Below, piece after piece: positions 51,126 to 61,656 of a stretch of 64,000 bases of DNA. Both the position numbers and the translations under genes were made by a program. Location of the stretch: contig CAZFJL010000016.1 of the NCBI GenBank assembly GCA_964518905.1, positions 2,829 to 66,828 of the forward strand, given 5' to 3'. The stretch comes from an uncultured Geitlerinema sp. GTDB taxonomy: Bacteria > Cyanobacteriota > Cyanobacteriia > Cyanobacteriales > Geitlerinemataceae. The notes beneath the pieces are model-generated. The model saw nothing but the letters and a program-made list of their open reading frames with translations. It made no database searches and had not been told where the DNA came from. Each line of letters begins with the position of its first letter. Within the stretch, counting starts at the first letter, position 1.

Positions 51126-51385
51126 ACATTTAGCTTTGGGAGACGGCCAAGCTGGCATCATCCCCCAGAATTCCCGGAATTCCTCCTAAAGTAAACCTAA
51201 AGTAAAAGGGTAGGGTGATAGTTGATCGCAGGCTTCAGCATCACTGTTGCGGAGTGGCAAATCCTCTCCGCAGTTTGGAGCGCAGGCAGCGCCTGCTATC
51301 TTTGCCATAGACCCATCGGCTTGATTTGGGTGCGATCGTCGCTTTTGCTCATTTTCACCACTGATTCATCACTGGTTCAAGATTC

Positions 51386-53152
51386 ATGCCCCGTTGGCAA
51401 TTTTTACGGGCTCACCATTTGTACAGACTTCTTGTTCGAGGGTGGCTTCGCTTAAAACCATGGTTGATTGCGACCTATCATCAGATCCGTCTTGAGATTG
51501 CTCGTGTGCGGGCACAGCTACAGCGACGTGTCCCAATGGTGCAATACGCCACCGGACGCCTTGCTTATGATTGCGACCAAGTCGATCTAGCCGAAATCTA
51601 TTTCAAACGTGCCTTGCAGATTTGGCCAGATTGCGGAACGTTTCACCTGGCGCTAGGCGACGCACTCAAGCAACAATCCCGCTGGCAAGAAGCGTCCTCG
51701 GCCTACCATCGCGCGATCGCCACGGAATCACCGGGCGATATTTCCCTCGCCTGGGCGTATCACAATCTGGGTGAAGTCGAAGCACGACAACAGCATTGGG
51801 ATTTGGCGATCGTGGCGTACGAAATCGCAGCGGAACGCCAACCCGATTTTTTCTACACCCACTACAACATATCTCAAGCCTATATTCAGGCGGGACAGTT
51901 TGAAGCAGCACGAATGTCGCTGGAACGGGCGATCGCCCTGCGCCCAAACGATCCGCAGCTTTTGATTGAACTCGCCGCGATCTGCGCTCAAGGTAGCAAC
52001 CCGAAAGCGCAACAAGACGCGCTCGAACGATTCATCCAGATCGATCCCGCTAACTTTTCGTCCTATTTTGACCTAGCAGGCGTGTTACGCAACCTCAACG
52101 AACCGGAACGCGCCGCCGAGGTTTACCTCCACAGCCTGGATCTCGATCCCAGCTTTAGCTGGTGGTATCACTACTATTTTTGGACGTGCCTCAAAGAAGC
52201 GGGGCGGCTGGACGATGCCATTCGTATTTTTCAGCGCCATATTCAGAGCTTCCCGCAGCGATCGGCTCCCTACATCAACTTCGGCGAAGCCCTCGTGCAT
52301 AGCGATCGCATTCCCGAGTCGATCGTCCCTTACCGAGAAGGGCTACGCCAAAAAATCGTCCAATCCAATCCTGACTATCCGATCGACACCTGGGACGACC
52401 AAAACGTCTTTGGCCCCAATTTTCTGATCCTTGGTGCTCAAAAAGCGGGAACTAGCTCACTCTTTAAATACGCCGTTCAACATCCACAAATTATTCCTCC
52501 CCTACGCAAGGAACTCGAATTTTGGTCGCTGCGGATGAAGCGGGGTCTGGACTGGTATCTATCTCAGTTCCCCGCCATCCCGCCCGGAGATCTGACCTAT
52601 CTCTCCGGTGAAGCCTGTCCGGGTTATCTCGACCATGACATGAGCGCCGAACGTCTGCGAGCCGAGTTTCCAGACATTAAGCTGGTCGTAATTTTACGCG
52701 ACCCCGTTGAACGCGCCTATTCCCACTACAACCACTGGCGACGTCGCCAACAGGAAAGCTGCGACTTTGAAACCGCGATCGAAGCCAAACTCGATCACCT
52801 TACCTCCGGAAGCGATGGCACAGTCGATGAACAACAACTATGGAATTCGCCCCATGATTACCTTGCTCGTGGAGTTTACGTCGTGTTTCTCAAACATTGG
52901 ATGTCCATTTTTCCACGCGATCGTTTTCTGATCCTCTCCAATAATCAGCTCAATAGCGATCCTCAAGCCACACTGTCCCAATTCTTCGATTTTCTCGAAC
53001 TGCCCGATGCTGCCATCCAGGCCGACCTACGCCATAACGTCGGCACTTATCCACCCCTGTCAACCGCCTTGCGTCAGCGCTTAGAACAGTTTTATGCGCC
53101 GTATAATCAAGAGCTAGAGGCGTTCCTCGGACAAACCTTCGATTGGTCATAG
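51386..53152 (+). CDS. TPR-repeat protein with a C-terminal sulfotransferase domain
   Basis: TPR units cover aa ~50-330. They are followed by the 5'-PSB 'FLILGAQKAGTSSL' and the 3'-PB 'VILRDPVERAYSHYNH'. Confidence 0.85.
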   Translation: MPRWQFLRAHHLYRLLVRGWLRLKPWLIATYHQIRLEIARVRAQLQRRVPMVQYATGRLAYDCDQVDLAEIYFKRALQIWPDCGTFHLALGDALKQQSRWQEASSAYHRAIATESPGDISLAWAYHNLGEVEARQQHWDLAIVAYEIAAERQPDFFYTHYNISQAYIQAGQFEAARMSLERAIALRPNDPQLLIELAAICAQGSNPKAQQDALERFIQIDPANFSSYFDLAGVLRNLNEPERAAEVYLHSLDLDPSFSWWYHYYFWTCLKEAGRLDDAIRIFQRHIQSFPQRSAPYINFGEALVHSDRIPESIVPYREGLRQKIVQSNPDYPIDTWDDQNVFGPNFLILGAQKAGTSSLFKYAVQHPQIIPPLRKELEFWSLRMKRGLDWYLSQFPAIPPGDLTYLSGEACPGYLDHDMSAERLRAEFPDIKLVVILRDPVERAYSHYNHWRRRQQESCDFETAIEAKLDHLTSGSDGTVDEQQLWNSPHDYLARGVYVVFLKHWMSIFPRDRFLILSNNQLNSDPQATLSQFFDFLELPDAAIQADLRHNVGTYPPLSTALRQRLEQFYAPYNQELEAFLGQTFDWS

Positions 53153-53267
53153 CGCCGAAATTTCCCATACCATCACACTCAATCGAACACGACAATAGAC
53201 GATATCGACTCCGTAATCTCCCCAACGGGCTTCCAGAACCGCACCTCCACCGCACCTAAGTAAATTC

Positions 53268-55088
53268 ATGGATCAGACCTCGATCCCCCTCCCAAAAATT
53301 ACCTGGCATCAGGTGTCTTACCTCGGACGGGCGATCAAAATCGTCTGGAATAGTGGACGAAGCTGGACGTTCAGCCTGTGGGCTCTCTCGATCGTCCAGA
53401 GTGTCTTGCCAGTGCTGCGACTCTACGTCATGAAGCTACTGCTTGACACGATTAGCCAGGGTTATGCTGACAAAACCTTAACGAATTTTGAACAGGTGAT
53501 TCCGCTGATTGTGGCCATGGGAGCCATTAACATTAGTGGTGCTTTAATGTCGGGTGCAAGTCGGTTGGTGAATGAGCTGCAATCTCAGCGTGTTTCTGAC
53601 TATATGTTCGAGATGATGCACGACCAGGCAGCGGCGGTGGATCTGGAATATTACGAAAATCCCGAGTATTACGATATTTTGGAGCGGGCGCGATCGGAAG
53701 GTAGTGGCGTACCGCTGAGATTGTCCAACCGCATCAAGAGTATTCTGAGCGACGCTATCCAGCTCATCACGATGGGTGGTGTTCTCTTATTTTTCGATTG
53801 GAAGATTTTCGCCTTACTGGTCTTGCCGATCGTGCCGCGAATTGGTATTCGCTTTTACTTTATCGAAGAATTACAACGCTGGATCGAACGCCGCACCGCG
53901 ACCCAACGCAAAGCCTCCTACTACAACAACCTGCTGACCAACGACGCTCACGCCAAAGAGCTACGCCTGTTTGACTTAGGGGATCTCTTCAAAACTCGCT
54001 TTCGCCAAACCCGACAGCATCTGCTCAGAGAAAAATTTGAATTAGCCAAACGCCGAACCTTCGCCGAATTTAGTACAACGATTCTCTCGGTGATTGCGAT
54101 GTGGGGAGCGTACGCCTTTATCGCCTATGAAACCGTGACCGGGGTGCTGACGGTGGGGGATTTGGTGCTGTATAACCAGTCATTTCGCAAGGCGTATGAT
54201 TCCATCTGGAGCCTGCTTCAGGGGGCTGTCGGCCTGTATGAGGATATGCAGTTTTTGGGCTACCTGTTTGAATTCTTAGATTTTGAACCGAAGATTGTCG
54301 ATCCTCCTGATCCGAAGCTGGTTCCGCGTCCCATGCAGTTGGGGATCGAGTTTAAGCATGTGGATTTTGCCTATCCCGGCAGCACGCGTCAGGCCATCAA
54401 AGATGTCTCGCTCAAAATTCAGCCGGGAGAGGTGATCGCCCTGGTCGGTGAAAATGGTTCGGGCAAGACCACGCTGACCAAGCTGCTGTGCCGGTTATAC
54501 GATCCGGATTCGGGTCAGATCACGCTTGATGGGATTGATCTGCGGGATCTCTCTGTACGCGATTTACGATCGGAGATTAGCGTTATTTTTCAGGATTATG
54601 CCAAGTATCAAATGACGGCTCGTGAGAATATTTGGCTGGGGAATGTTAATCGATCGCCCGATGATGAGGCGATCGAACATGCGGCTCAACGCGCGGGAGC
54701 CGACGAGGTGATTCGGACATTGCCTAACCAGTATGACAATATGCTCGGAAAGCGGTTTGAAGGCGGCGAAGAGCTCAGTATTGGTCAGTGGCAAAAGGTG
54801 TCGATCGCCCGTGCGTTTTTGCGTGACTCGCAACTGATTGTGTTGGATGAGCCGACCAGTGCGCTCGATCCGAAGGCAGAATATGAAGTCTTTCGCAAGT
54901 TTCGCGAACTACTCGAAGATCAAGCCGCAGTGCTTGTCACCCACCGCCTATCCACGGTCAAAATGGCGGACTGTATTTATGTCCTCGAACAGGGACGTAT
55001 TGTGGAGTTTGGCCCTCACGATGCCCTGATTGCATTGGATGGCGTTTACGCGCAGCTCTTCGAGACCCAAGCGCAAAACTACCGCTAA
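53268..55088 (+). CDS. ABC exporter, fused permease/ATPase (MsbA-like type I exporter)
   Basis: It has an N-terminal 6-TM domain, Walker A 'GENGSGKTTL', signature 'LSIGQWQ' and Walker B 'LIVLDEPTSALD'. Confidence 0.92.
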   Translation: MDQTSIPLPKITWHQVSYLGRAIKIVWNSGRSWTFSLWALSIVQSVLPVLRLYVMKLLLDTISQGYADKTLTNFEQVIPLIVAMGAINISGALMSGASRLVNELQSQRVSDYMFEMMHDQAAAVDLEYYENPEYYDILERARSEGSGVPLRLSNRIKSILSDAIQLITMGGVLLFFDWKIFALLVLPIVPRIGIRFYFIEELQRWIERRTATQRKASYYNNLLTNDAHAKELRLFDLGDLFKTRFRQTRQHLLREKFELAKRRTFAEFSTTILSVIAMWGAYAFIAYETVTGVLTVGDLVLYNQSFRKAYDSIWSLLQGAVGLYEDMQFLGYLFEFLDFEPKIVDPPDPKLVPRPMQLGIEFKHVDFAYPGSTRQAIKDVSLKIQPGEVIALVGENGSGKTTLTKLLCRLYDPDSGQITLDGIDLRDLSVRDLRSEISVIFQDYAKYQMTARENIWLGNVNRSPDDEAIEHAAQRAGADEVIRTLPNQYDNMLGKRFEGGEELSIGQWQKVSIARAFLRDSQLIVLDEPTSALDPKAEYEVFRKFRELLEDQAAVLVTHRLSTVKMADCIYVLEQGRIVEFGPHDALIALDGVYAQLFETQAQNYR

Positions 55089-55243
55089 CGCTGAATGGGC
55101 CGCATGACCCAAAGCATCGTCGGTTCGATGTGTGATAAAACTTAACGAGATGTCGGCTAGCCCGGATGCGAGCCTAAAAACTCGAATCAAACGCTGTGGC
55201 TACGACCTTGATCGCCTCGCTTCCGGTGGTATCCCCGAACCTT

Positions 55244-55954
55244 ATGCTTCGACTGATTACTGATTTCGATGGTCCGATCGCCGATGTCTCGGTACGCTAT
55301 TACACCGTTTATCATCGCTGCCTGGATCAGGTCGTACGCCCTGGTCAGTTTCTGCAACGGTTATCCTATGACGAGTTTTGGGCGTGTAAGCGGGCGCGTG
55401 TTCCGGAATGGAAAATTGGTATGAAAACGGGACTCGATGAGCCCCAAGCGCGAGCCTTTGCGAAAATGCGCGGCATGACGGTTCATGCGGAGCCGTTTTT
55501 GCACCACGATCAGACGATTCCGGGCGCGATCGAGGCGCTTGAGCGGATACGTGATGCTGGGTTTGATCTGGTGGTGATGACCATGCGCCGCACGCGAGAA
55601 TTGAATGAAGCGCTCGATCGCTGCAATCTCGGTCATTTTTTCGCCGCCGATCGGCGCTATTGTCTCAGCAATGATCATGTAAAAATTGGCGACACCAAGG
55701 ATAAGCCGATCTTGATGCAGCGAGCTTTGCAAGAGCTGCCACCGGCGGAAAAGACCTGGATGGTGGGCGATACGGAGGCGGATATTATTGCGGCTCAGAC
55801 GGGAAATGTACCGGCCATTGGCGTTCTCTCTGGTATTCGCGATCGCCAACAACTCCAGAAATACAACCCCGATTTGATCCTCAACGATCTTAGTGAGGCC
55901 GTTGATTTCATGTTAGAAACTGTGGGTCATCCTCAGCTTCATGCTGTGAGTTAA
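55244..55954 (+). CDS. HAD-superfamily hydrolase (phosphoglycolate-phosphatase-like)
   Basis: Motif I is 'ITDFDGPI' and motif IV is 'MVGDTEADIIAA'. I chose the ATG at 55244; the ORF is open from a GTG at 55196. Confidence 0.8.
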   Translation: MLRLITDFDGPIADVSVRYYTVYHRCLDQVVRPGQFLQRLSYDEFWACKRARVPEWKIGMKTGLDEPQARAFAKMRGMTVHAEPFLHHDQTIPGAIEALERIRDAGFDLVVMTMRRTRELNEALDRCNLGHFFAADRRYCLSNDHVKIGDTKDKPILMQRALQELPPAEKTWMVGDTEADIIAAQTGNVPAIGVLSGIRDRQQLQKYNPDLILNDLSEAVDFMLETVGHPQLHAVS

Positions 55955-56091
55955 GGGTTGATGTTGAGATTGATTTTGAGTTGGTATTACGTTCTGTCTC
56001 GTTTGAGAACACCGCCGTCTGTTTTGTCGAAAATCTACAAATGTCGCACTTATACTTGTGGATAAGTGATGACTAGACGAGAGGAAACGCG

Positions 56092-57489
56092 TTGAAACGA
56101 GTGACTTGGATTCGTCGTATGGTTGCCCTTGCTGCGGCACTGGTGAGTTTAGATACGATCACTCTCGTGCTGAAGTCGCGTGAGTCTGCCCTACCAATCA
56201 CGGCGATCGAAACCTCGATCGAACTTGAACAGCGTCTCCACACAGTTCTAAACCGTAGTGTGTCTCTCAACAATCCTGCTGTAGACGCAAGTATTGATGT
56301 ACTCGATCAAGATCTGCGTGCTGCGTTTAGCCAAACTCAAACCGATCCGGACACCGCTGAGTTTAGCGAGATTATAACGCTGTGGTCTCAGCTCTATGTT
56401 GACCTCCAAGATCGTCCGCAGGGAGATGTAGGCTCGCTGGAACCATTCCAGGACCGATTCGATCAACTCGCACAGTTAATTGCCACCCAGAGGACACAAC
56501 AGCTCCAGAGGATCGCCAGCAGCACGTCCAATCGCTACCATGTCGCCATTGCCTTGGCTCTGCTTAGTTTAATCGCCAGCGCGATCGCCTATACCTTGCT
56601 CGAACGCTGGCTCGGCGACTTACAGCAGGTGGTGACAGCGAGTCGCGATCGGATCAACTCCGTGGGTGAATCGATTCAGCAACAACGTCGCGTGGTCAGT
56701 GATCAGGCGACTTCGGTGGCCGAAATTACCCAGATGCTCGACAAATTAAACGGAACATCTCAGGGATCGTCTGAACAAGCGAGTATTGCCGCCAGTCGCG
56801 CCAAAGAAATCACGGACTTGACTGGATCTGGTGTGAAGTTGGTGACCCAAACGCAAGCTGCGATCGTCGGCATTGAAACCCAGACTAATGCCATTTCAAA
56901 GCAAATCTGGCAGTTGCGAACTCGCGCGACCGAAGTGGGTCAGATTGCCTTGCTCGTCGAAGAACTGGCGATGCGAACCAATACCCTGGCCTTAAATGCA
57001 GCGATCGAAGCCGTACGCGCGAGTCGATCCGGCGCGGGTTTCCAGGTGATTGCGAAGGAAATTCGTGAGCTATCGGTGCAAAGTCAGCAGGCGGCGAGGC
57101 GTATTGGGGTGATGTCGGATGATATTGAACGGGCAATCGAGGCAACAGTTTCCGTGACTCAGGTGGGCTTGGAACAGGCAGAAGCGGGGACAAAAATTGT
57201 TCAGGAGACCACGGAAACCTTCAATCAAATCCAACAGGCGATCGAGGAGGTCAACGACACGTCCCATCGTATGGCCTTTAGTGCCTATGAGCTGCTGTGG
57301 CCGCTACAGCAACTGATGGAAGCGATGGAAGCGCTGAATGGTAGCGCCCGATCGACCGAAACCAACTCGACCCTGTTGGCGGACGGCCTTGGAGATCTTG
57401 AGATTAGTTTTGAACGCATTCAAGCGGGGATTGGTGAGCGATCGCTTCAGTCGCGCCAGTCACACACAGACGAGAACTCGCAGGATTAG
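56092..57489 (+). CDS. Methyl-accepting chemotaxis protein
   Basis: The signalling hairpin reads 'TNTLALNAAIEAVRASRSGAGFQVIAKEIRELSVQS'. There are two N-terminal TM segments. The start is uncertain: TTG at 56092, GTG at 56101 or ATG at 56119. Confidence 0.8.
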   Translation: MKRVTWIRRMVALAAALVSLDTITLVLKSRESALPITAIETSIELEQRLHTVLNRSVSLNNPAVDASIDVLDQDLRAAFSQTQTDPDTAEFSEIITLWSQLYVDLQDRPQGDVGSLEPFQDRFDQLAQLIATQRTQQLQRIASSTSNRYHVAIALALLSLIASAIAYTLLERWLGDLQQVVTASRDRINSVGESIQQQRRVVSDQATSVAEITQMLDKLNGTSQGSSEQASIAASRAKEITDLTGSGVKLVTQTQAAIVGIETQTNAISKQIWQLRTRATEVGQIALLVEELAMRTNTLALNAAIEAVRASRSGAGFQVIAKEIRELSVQSQQAARRIGVMSDDIERAIEATVSVTQVGLEQAEAGTKIVQETTETFNQIQQAIEEVNDTSHRMAFSAYELLWPLQQLMEAMEALNGSARSTETNSTLLADGLGDLEISFERIQAGIGERSLQSRQSHTDENSQD

Positions 57490-57510
57490 CAGAATCTAGC
57501 AAACGACGAA

Positions 57511-57558
57511 AGCAGCGGCGATTGCACCATCCACAGTGCGATCGCCGCTGCTTTTTTC
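57511..57558 (+). terminator. Rho-independent terminator after the MCP gene (it may also serve the convergent tkt)
   Basis: The stem AGCAGCGGCGAT / ATCGCCGCTGCT is followed by TTTTTT. Confidence 0.75.
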
Positions 57559-57625
57559 TGATTCAATCCAGCATCACAGCCCGTAGCGACTAAGCGCCAC
57601 GCACTGACAATGCTGACTTAACCGT

Positions 57626-59635
57626 TTAGCCGAGAACTTCTTTCGCCTTCGCAACCACGTTCTCAACCGTGAAACCGAACTCTTGCATGAGCTTGCCGCC
57701 CGGAGCCGATGCGCCGAAGGTCTCGATCGAGACACTCGCGCCGCCAGCGCCGACGTACTTCGCCCAGCCCATCGAGATACCCGCTTCCACCGAGAGACGC
57801 TTGGTCACCGCAGCCGGAAGCACCGACTCTTTGTACTCAGCCGATTGCTCGTCGAACACTTCCCAGCAGGGCAGCGACACGACACGCACTTTCTTACCTT
57901 CTTCGGTCAGCTTCGCAGCGGCATCCACACAGAGGCCAACTTCCGAACCCGTACCGATCAGGATAATATCCGGCGAATCGCAACCGCAATCAACCGCGAT
58001 GTAACCACCTTTAGCTCCGTTCTCGATGCTGCTAGCCGCGAGGTTGGGGACACCTTGGCGGGTGAAGGCGATCAGCGTCGGGCGGGTGCGGTTTTCGACG
58101 GCGACTTTGTAGGCTGCCGAGCATTCGTTACCATCTGCCGGACGGAAGACCATCAGGTTCGGAATCGCACGCAGCGAGGCGATCGTCTCCACCGGTTGGT
58201 GGGTCGGGCCGTCTTCACCGAGGGCGATCGAATCGTGGGTCATGACGTAGATGACGCCCGCTTCGGCCAGGGCCGAGAGACGGATCGCACCGCGCATGTA
58301 GTCCGCGAACACGAGGAAGGTGGCACAGTAGGGGATCAGACCCGAACCGTGGAGCAACATGCCGTTGCAGATTGCGCCCATGGCGTGCTCACGGACACCG
58401 AAGTGAACGTTACGGTTTTCGTACGCGCCTTTTTGGAAGTCACCGGAGCAGTGCAGCTCGGTGAGGTTCGAGTGGGTCAGGTCAGCCGAGCCGCCGATCA
58501 GTTCGGGGAGGTTCGGAGCCAGCGCGTTGAGGGTATTTTCCGAATGCTTGCGGGTGGCCAGCGATTTGTCTGCGGGGGTGAGGGTCGGGAGGTCTTTGTC
58601 CCAGCCTTCAGGCAGTTTGTTATCGATGAGGCGTTGGAGTTCTGCGCCTTCTGCCGGGTACTTGGTTTTGTACTGGGCAAAGGCCGATTCCCATTCGGCT
58701 TCGAGGCTTGCACCGTTTTCGACCGCTTTCTTCAGGTAGTCGCGAACTTCCGAAGGAACCTCGAACGGCTCATAGCCCCAGCCGAGGTTTTCGCGCGTCA
58801 GTTTGATTTCAGCGTCACCGAGTGCCGCGCCGTGAACGCCAGCGGTGTCTTGCTTGTTGGGCGAACCATAGCCGATCAGGGTTGTGACCTTGATCATCGT
58901 CGGTTTGTCGGTGACTTTCTTCGCTTCTTCGATCGCAGCGGCGATCGCGTCGAGGTCGGTGTTGCCGTTCTCAACGTGGAGCGTATGCCAGCCGTAGGCT
59001 TCAAAGCGCTTCGACACATCTTCGGTGAACGACACATCGGTCGAACCGTCGATCGAGATGTGGTTATCGTCGTAGAGCGCGATCAGCTTGCCGAGACCCC
59101 AGTGACCTGCCAGCGAGCAGGCTTCGCCGGAGATACCTTCCATGTTGCAGCCGTCGCCGAGGATAACGTAGGTGTAGTGGTCTACGACCGTAGCATCGGG
59201 CTTGTTGAACTTCGCACCCAGGTGCGCTTCGGCGAGTGCCAGACCTACACCATTACAGATACCTTGACCGAGGGGGCCAGTTGTAACCTCGATACCTTTG
59301 GTTTCAAAGTTCTCGGGGTGTCCGGGTGTGCGCGAACCCCACTGACGGAATTGCTTAATGTCTTCGATCGTTACGCTGTCGTAACCGAACAGGTGCAGCA
59401 GTGCATATTGCAACATGCAGCCGTGACCGGCGGAGAGAACGAAACGATCGCGGTTGAACCATTTGGGGTTCTTCGGATTGAACCGCATGAACTTATCCCA
59501 AAGGGTAAAGGCCATCGGAGCCGCACCCATGGGCAAACCGGGGTGACCGGAGTTTGCTTTCTGGACGGCGTCGATCGCCAGAAAGCGAATCGCATTAATG
59601 CAAAGTTCTTCGACAGATTGGGTGGCGACAGCCAT
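57626..59635 (-). CDS. tkt: Transketolase
   Basis: It has '[13 protein letters not shown]', '[10 protein letters not shown]', the ThDP motif, and '[18 protein letters not shown]'. I chose the ATG at 59635 ([11 protein letters not shown]…). Confidence 0.95.
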   Translation of the reverse strand: MAVATQSVEELCINAIRFLAIDAVQKANSGHPGLPMGAAPMAFTLWDKFMRFNPKNPKWFNRDRFVLSAGHGCMLQYALLHLFGYDSVTIEDIKQFRQWGSRTPGHPENFETKGIEVTTGPLGQGICNGVGLALAEAHLGAKFNKPDATVVDHYTYVILGDGCNMEGISGEACSLAGHWGLGKLIALYDDNHISIDGSTDVSFTEDVSKRFEAYGWHTLHVENGNTDLDAIAAAIEEAKKVTDKPTMIKVTTLIGYGSPNKQDTAGVHGAALGDAEIKLTRENLGWGYEPFEVPSEVRDYLKKAVENGASLEAEWESAFAQYKTKYPAEGAELQRLIDNKLPEGWDKDLPTLTPADKSLATRKHSENTLNALAPNLPELIGGSADLTHSNLTELHCSGDFQKGAYENRNVHFGVREHAMGAICNGMLLHGSGLIPYCATFLVFADYMRGAIRLSALAEAGVIYVMTHDSIALGEDGPTHQPVETIASLRAIPNLMVFRPADGNECSAAYKVAVENRTRPTLIAFTRQGVPNLAASSIENGAKGGYIAVDCGCDSPDIILIGTGSEVGLCVDAAAKLTEEGKKVRVVSLPCWEVFDEQSAEYKESVLPAAVTKRLSVEAGISMGWAKYVGAGGASVSIETFGASAPGGKLMQEFGFTVENVVAKAKEVLG

Positions 59636-60021
59636 ATCTAACTCTCTATGATTACAACGGTAGGGCGACAGCGCATCTCTCTTGAGACTTTGCCGACGGG
59701 TGAGCGGGGCTCGACGGAACAGGCTGCGTGTGAGGGCATCCCGCGTTTCCGCCATACGGTTCGTAACAGACGATACGTTAAAGGCGACCGAGACGCCAGA
59801 TAGTGGCGCCGCGATCGACCCTCAAGAATCAATTCAGCTAATCTTGACGTGTGGCGTAAGCAAACGACGGTTAAAACCCGTACTCGCAAAGGATTGACAC
59901 CATGATGCCACTAGGGGGATCGGGGGGCAAGACTTCAGATTGATCGAAATTATTTTCGATATGCTACGGGAAGGCGAAATATCGATCTGAACTATGGACG
60001 TACACCGCCTCGTCTTCCTTC

Positions 60022-61653
60022 ATGCTTAACCCAGTCCTTGACTATAACCCCTTCCTGGTGGCTCTCTCTGTCGGTATCGCGACTTTTGCTGCCTATACTG
60101 CCTTTGATACGACCGAATGTGCGACCCAGGTTCGATCGCTAAAACGTCAGATCCTATGGGTGGCGCTCGGTGGGTTTACCTTGGGCGGCGGCATTTGGTC
60201 GATGCACTTTATCGGCATGTTGGCGCTCCACCTGGAGATTCCGGTGCGCTACGACATGACGTTAACTCTGGCATCCCTAGCGATCGCCGCTGTTGCCGCT
60301 GGGTTTGCCCTATTTCAAGTCGCCCAGCCCGTGTGGAACCTGAGACACCAGGTCGCAGGCGCTGTGATCATGGGCAGCGCCGTCGCCATGATGCACTACG
60401 TCGGTATGGCGGCTATCCACGTCCCGGCAACGATGGAGATGAGCCACAGCATTGTTGCGGTCTCGATTGCGATCGCGATCGTCGCATCTGGCGCTGCCCA
60501 ATGGATTTTGCGCCGATTTGATCAGGTCAGTCATGCCCGTGAACTCTGGCGCTGGTGCGCCTCCCTCGTGATGGGTTTAGCCGTCAGCACCATGCACTAC
60601 ACCGCCATGCTAGGCGTTCGCTTTATCCCTGACCCCCAGGCAACTCTATCGATCGGTGACGGTCTCAATGCCAATCGTCTCGCGGAAATTGTCGGAGCTG
60701 GAACCCTGGTCTTTTGCGGTGTCACTTTGGTGATCACCCTCAGTGAACGCCGCCGCGCACTTCAGGCCAGCCTACTAGAGCTACAAAGCGCCCAAATGCG
60801 ACTCATTCAAGCCGAAAAGCTCTCTAGCGTCGGTCAACTTTCGGCGGGAATCTCCCACGAAATTAATAATCCTCTCGCCTTTCTCAGGGGCAACCTGGCC
60901 TACCTCGAACTAACCATCAGCGATTTGATTAGTATCGTGACTTTAGTCAGCCAGCACCCGAGCGATCAGCCGGATGTGATTACGGAAAAACTTGACGACG
61001 TTGATTGGGAATTTGTACGCGAAGATTTACCGAAGTCGATCCAGTCGATGCAAAACGGCATCACGCGAATTCAAGATATTGTTAAGTCGCTAGAGGTGTT
61101 TTCGAGCTGTAACGAATCCGAAATTAAATCCGTTGACTTATGCGCTCGCATTGACGATGCGGTAACGCTCTTATCCCAGCGACTCGAAGCGATCGACGAT
61201 CGCCCTGAAATCACCATCGAGCGGCAATACGAAGAATTACCGACATTTGAATGTTTATCGGGAGAAATGCTTCAGGCTATTTTTAGTTTGCTCGATAATG
61301 CGATCGATGCGATCGAACAACGTTGGAAAACCGGCGATCGTCAAATCGGCAACATCGCGATCGCGACTCAAATGTTGGACAAAAATAACATTCACTTGAG
61401 CATTACGGATAACGGCATCGGCTTCGATCCCAAACTTGAATCCCGACTCTTTGAACCGTTTTTTACGACGAAAGCACCCGGCAAAGGCACAGGTTTAGGA
61501 CTCACATTAGCGCTCCAAACAATCCGACAGCACGGCGGAACGCTCAACTTAGTGCTTGCGGTCACCGGCGCTCGGGCTGAGATTTCCCTACCCGTTTACG
61601 AGATCGGTACACTCGCCTGCGATCTCTCCAGGCTTCCTCGCCCTAACCCATGA
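60022..61653 (+). CDS. MHYT-domain sensor histidine kinase
   Basis: Three MHYT-type motifs lie in TM helices ('WSMHFIGM', 'AMMHYVGM', 'STMHYTAM'). The HisKA region is 'SAGISHEINNPL'. The HATPase region is 'ITDNGIGF…GKGTGLGLTLA'. Confidence 0.85.
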   Translation: MLNPVLDYNPFLVALSVGIATFAAYTAFDTTECATQVRSLKRQILWVALGGFTLGGGIWSMHFIGMLALHLEIPVRYDMTLTLASLAIAAVAAGFALFQVAQPVWNLRHQVAGAVIMGSAVAMMHYVGMAAIHVPATMEMSHSIVAVSIAIAIVASGAAQWILRRFDQVSHARELWRWCASLVMGLAVSTMHYTAMLGVRFIPDPQATLSIGDGLNANRLAEIVGAGTLVFCGVTLVITLSERRRALQASLLELQSAQMRLIQAEKLSSVGQLSAGISHEINNPLAFLRGNLAYLELTISDLISIVTLVSQHPSDQPDVITEKLDDVDWEFVREDLPKSIQSMQNGITRIQDIVKSLEVFSSCNESEIKSVDLCARIDDAVTLLSQRLEAIDDRPEITIERQYEELPTFECLSGEMLQAIFSLLDNAIDAIEQRWKTGDRQIGNIAIATQMLDKNNIHLSITDNGIGFDPKLESRLFEPFFTTKAPGKGTGLGLTLALQTIRQHGGTLNLVLAVTGARAEISLPVYEIGTLACDLSRLPRPNP

Positions 61654-61656
61654 AAA

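Noticed and set aside
57683-59641. A 652-aa ORF on the plus strand covers almost the whole transketolase locus.
   Set aside because: It is the antisense shadow of tkt. Its translation is Arg/Gly/Val-rich low-complexity sequence with no motif, whereas the minus strand encodes an unmistakable transketolase. Long antisense ORFs are expected in GC-rich coding DNA.
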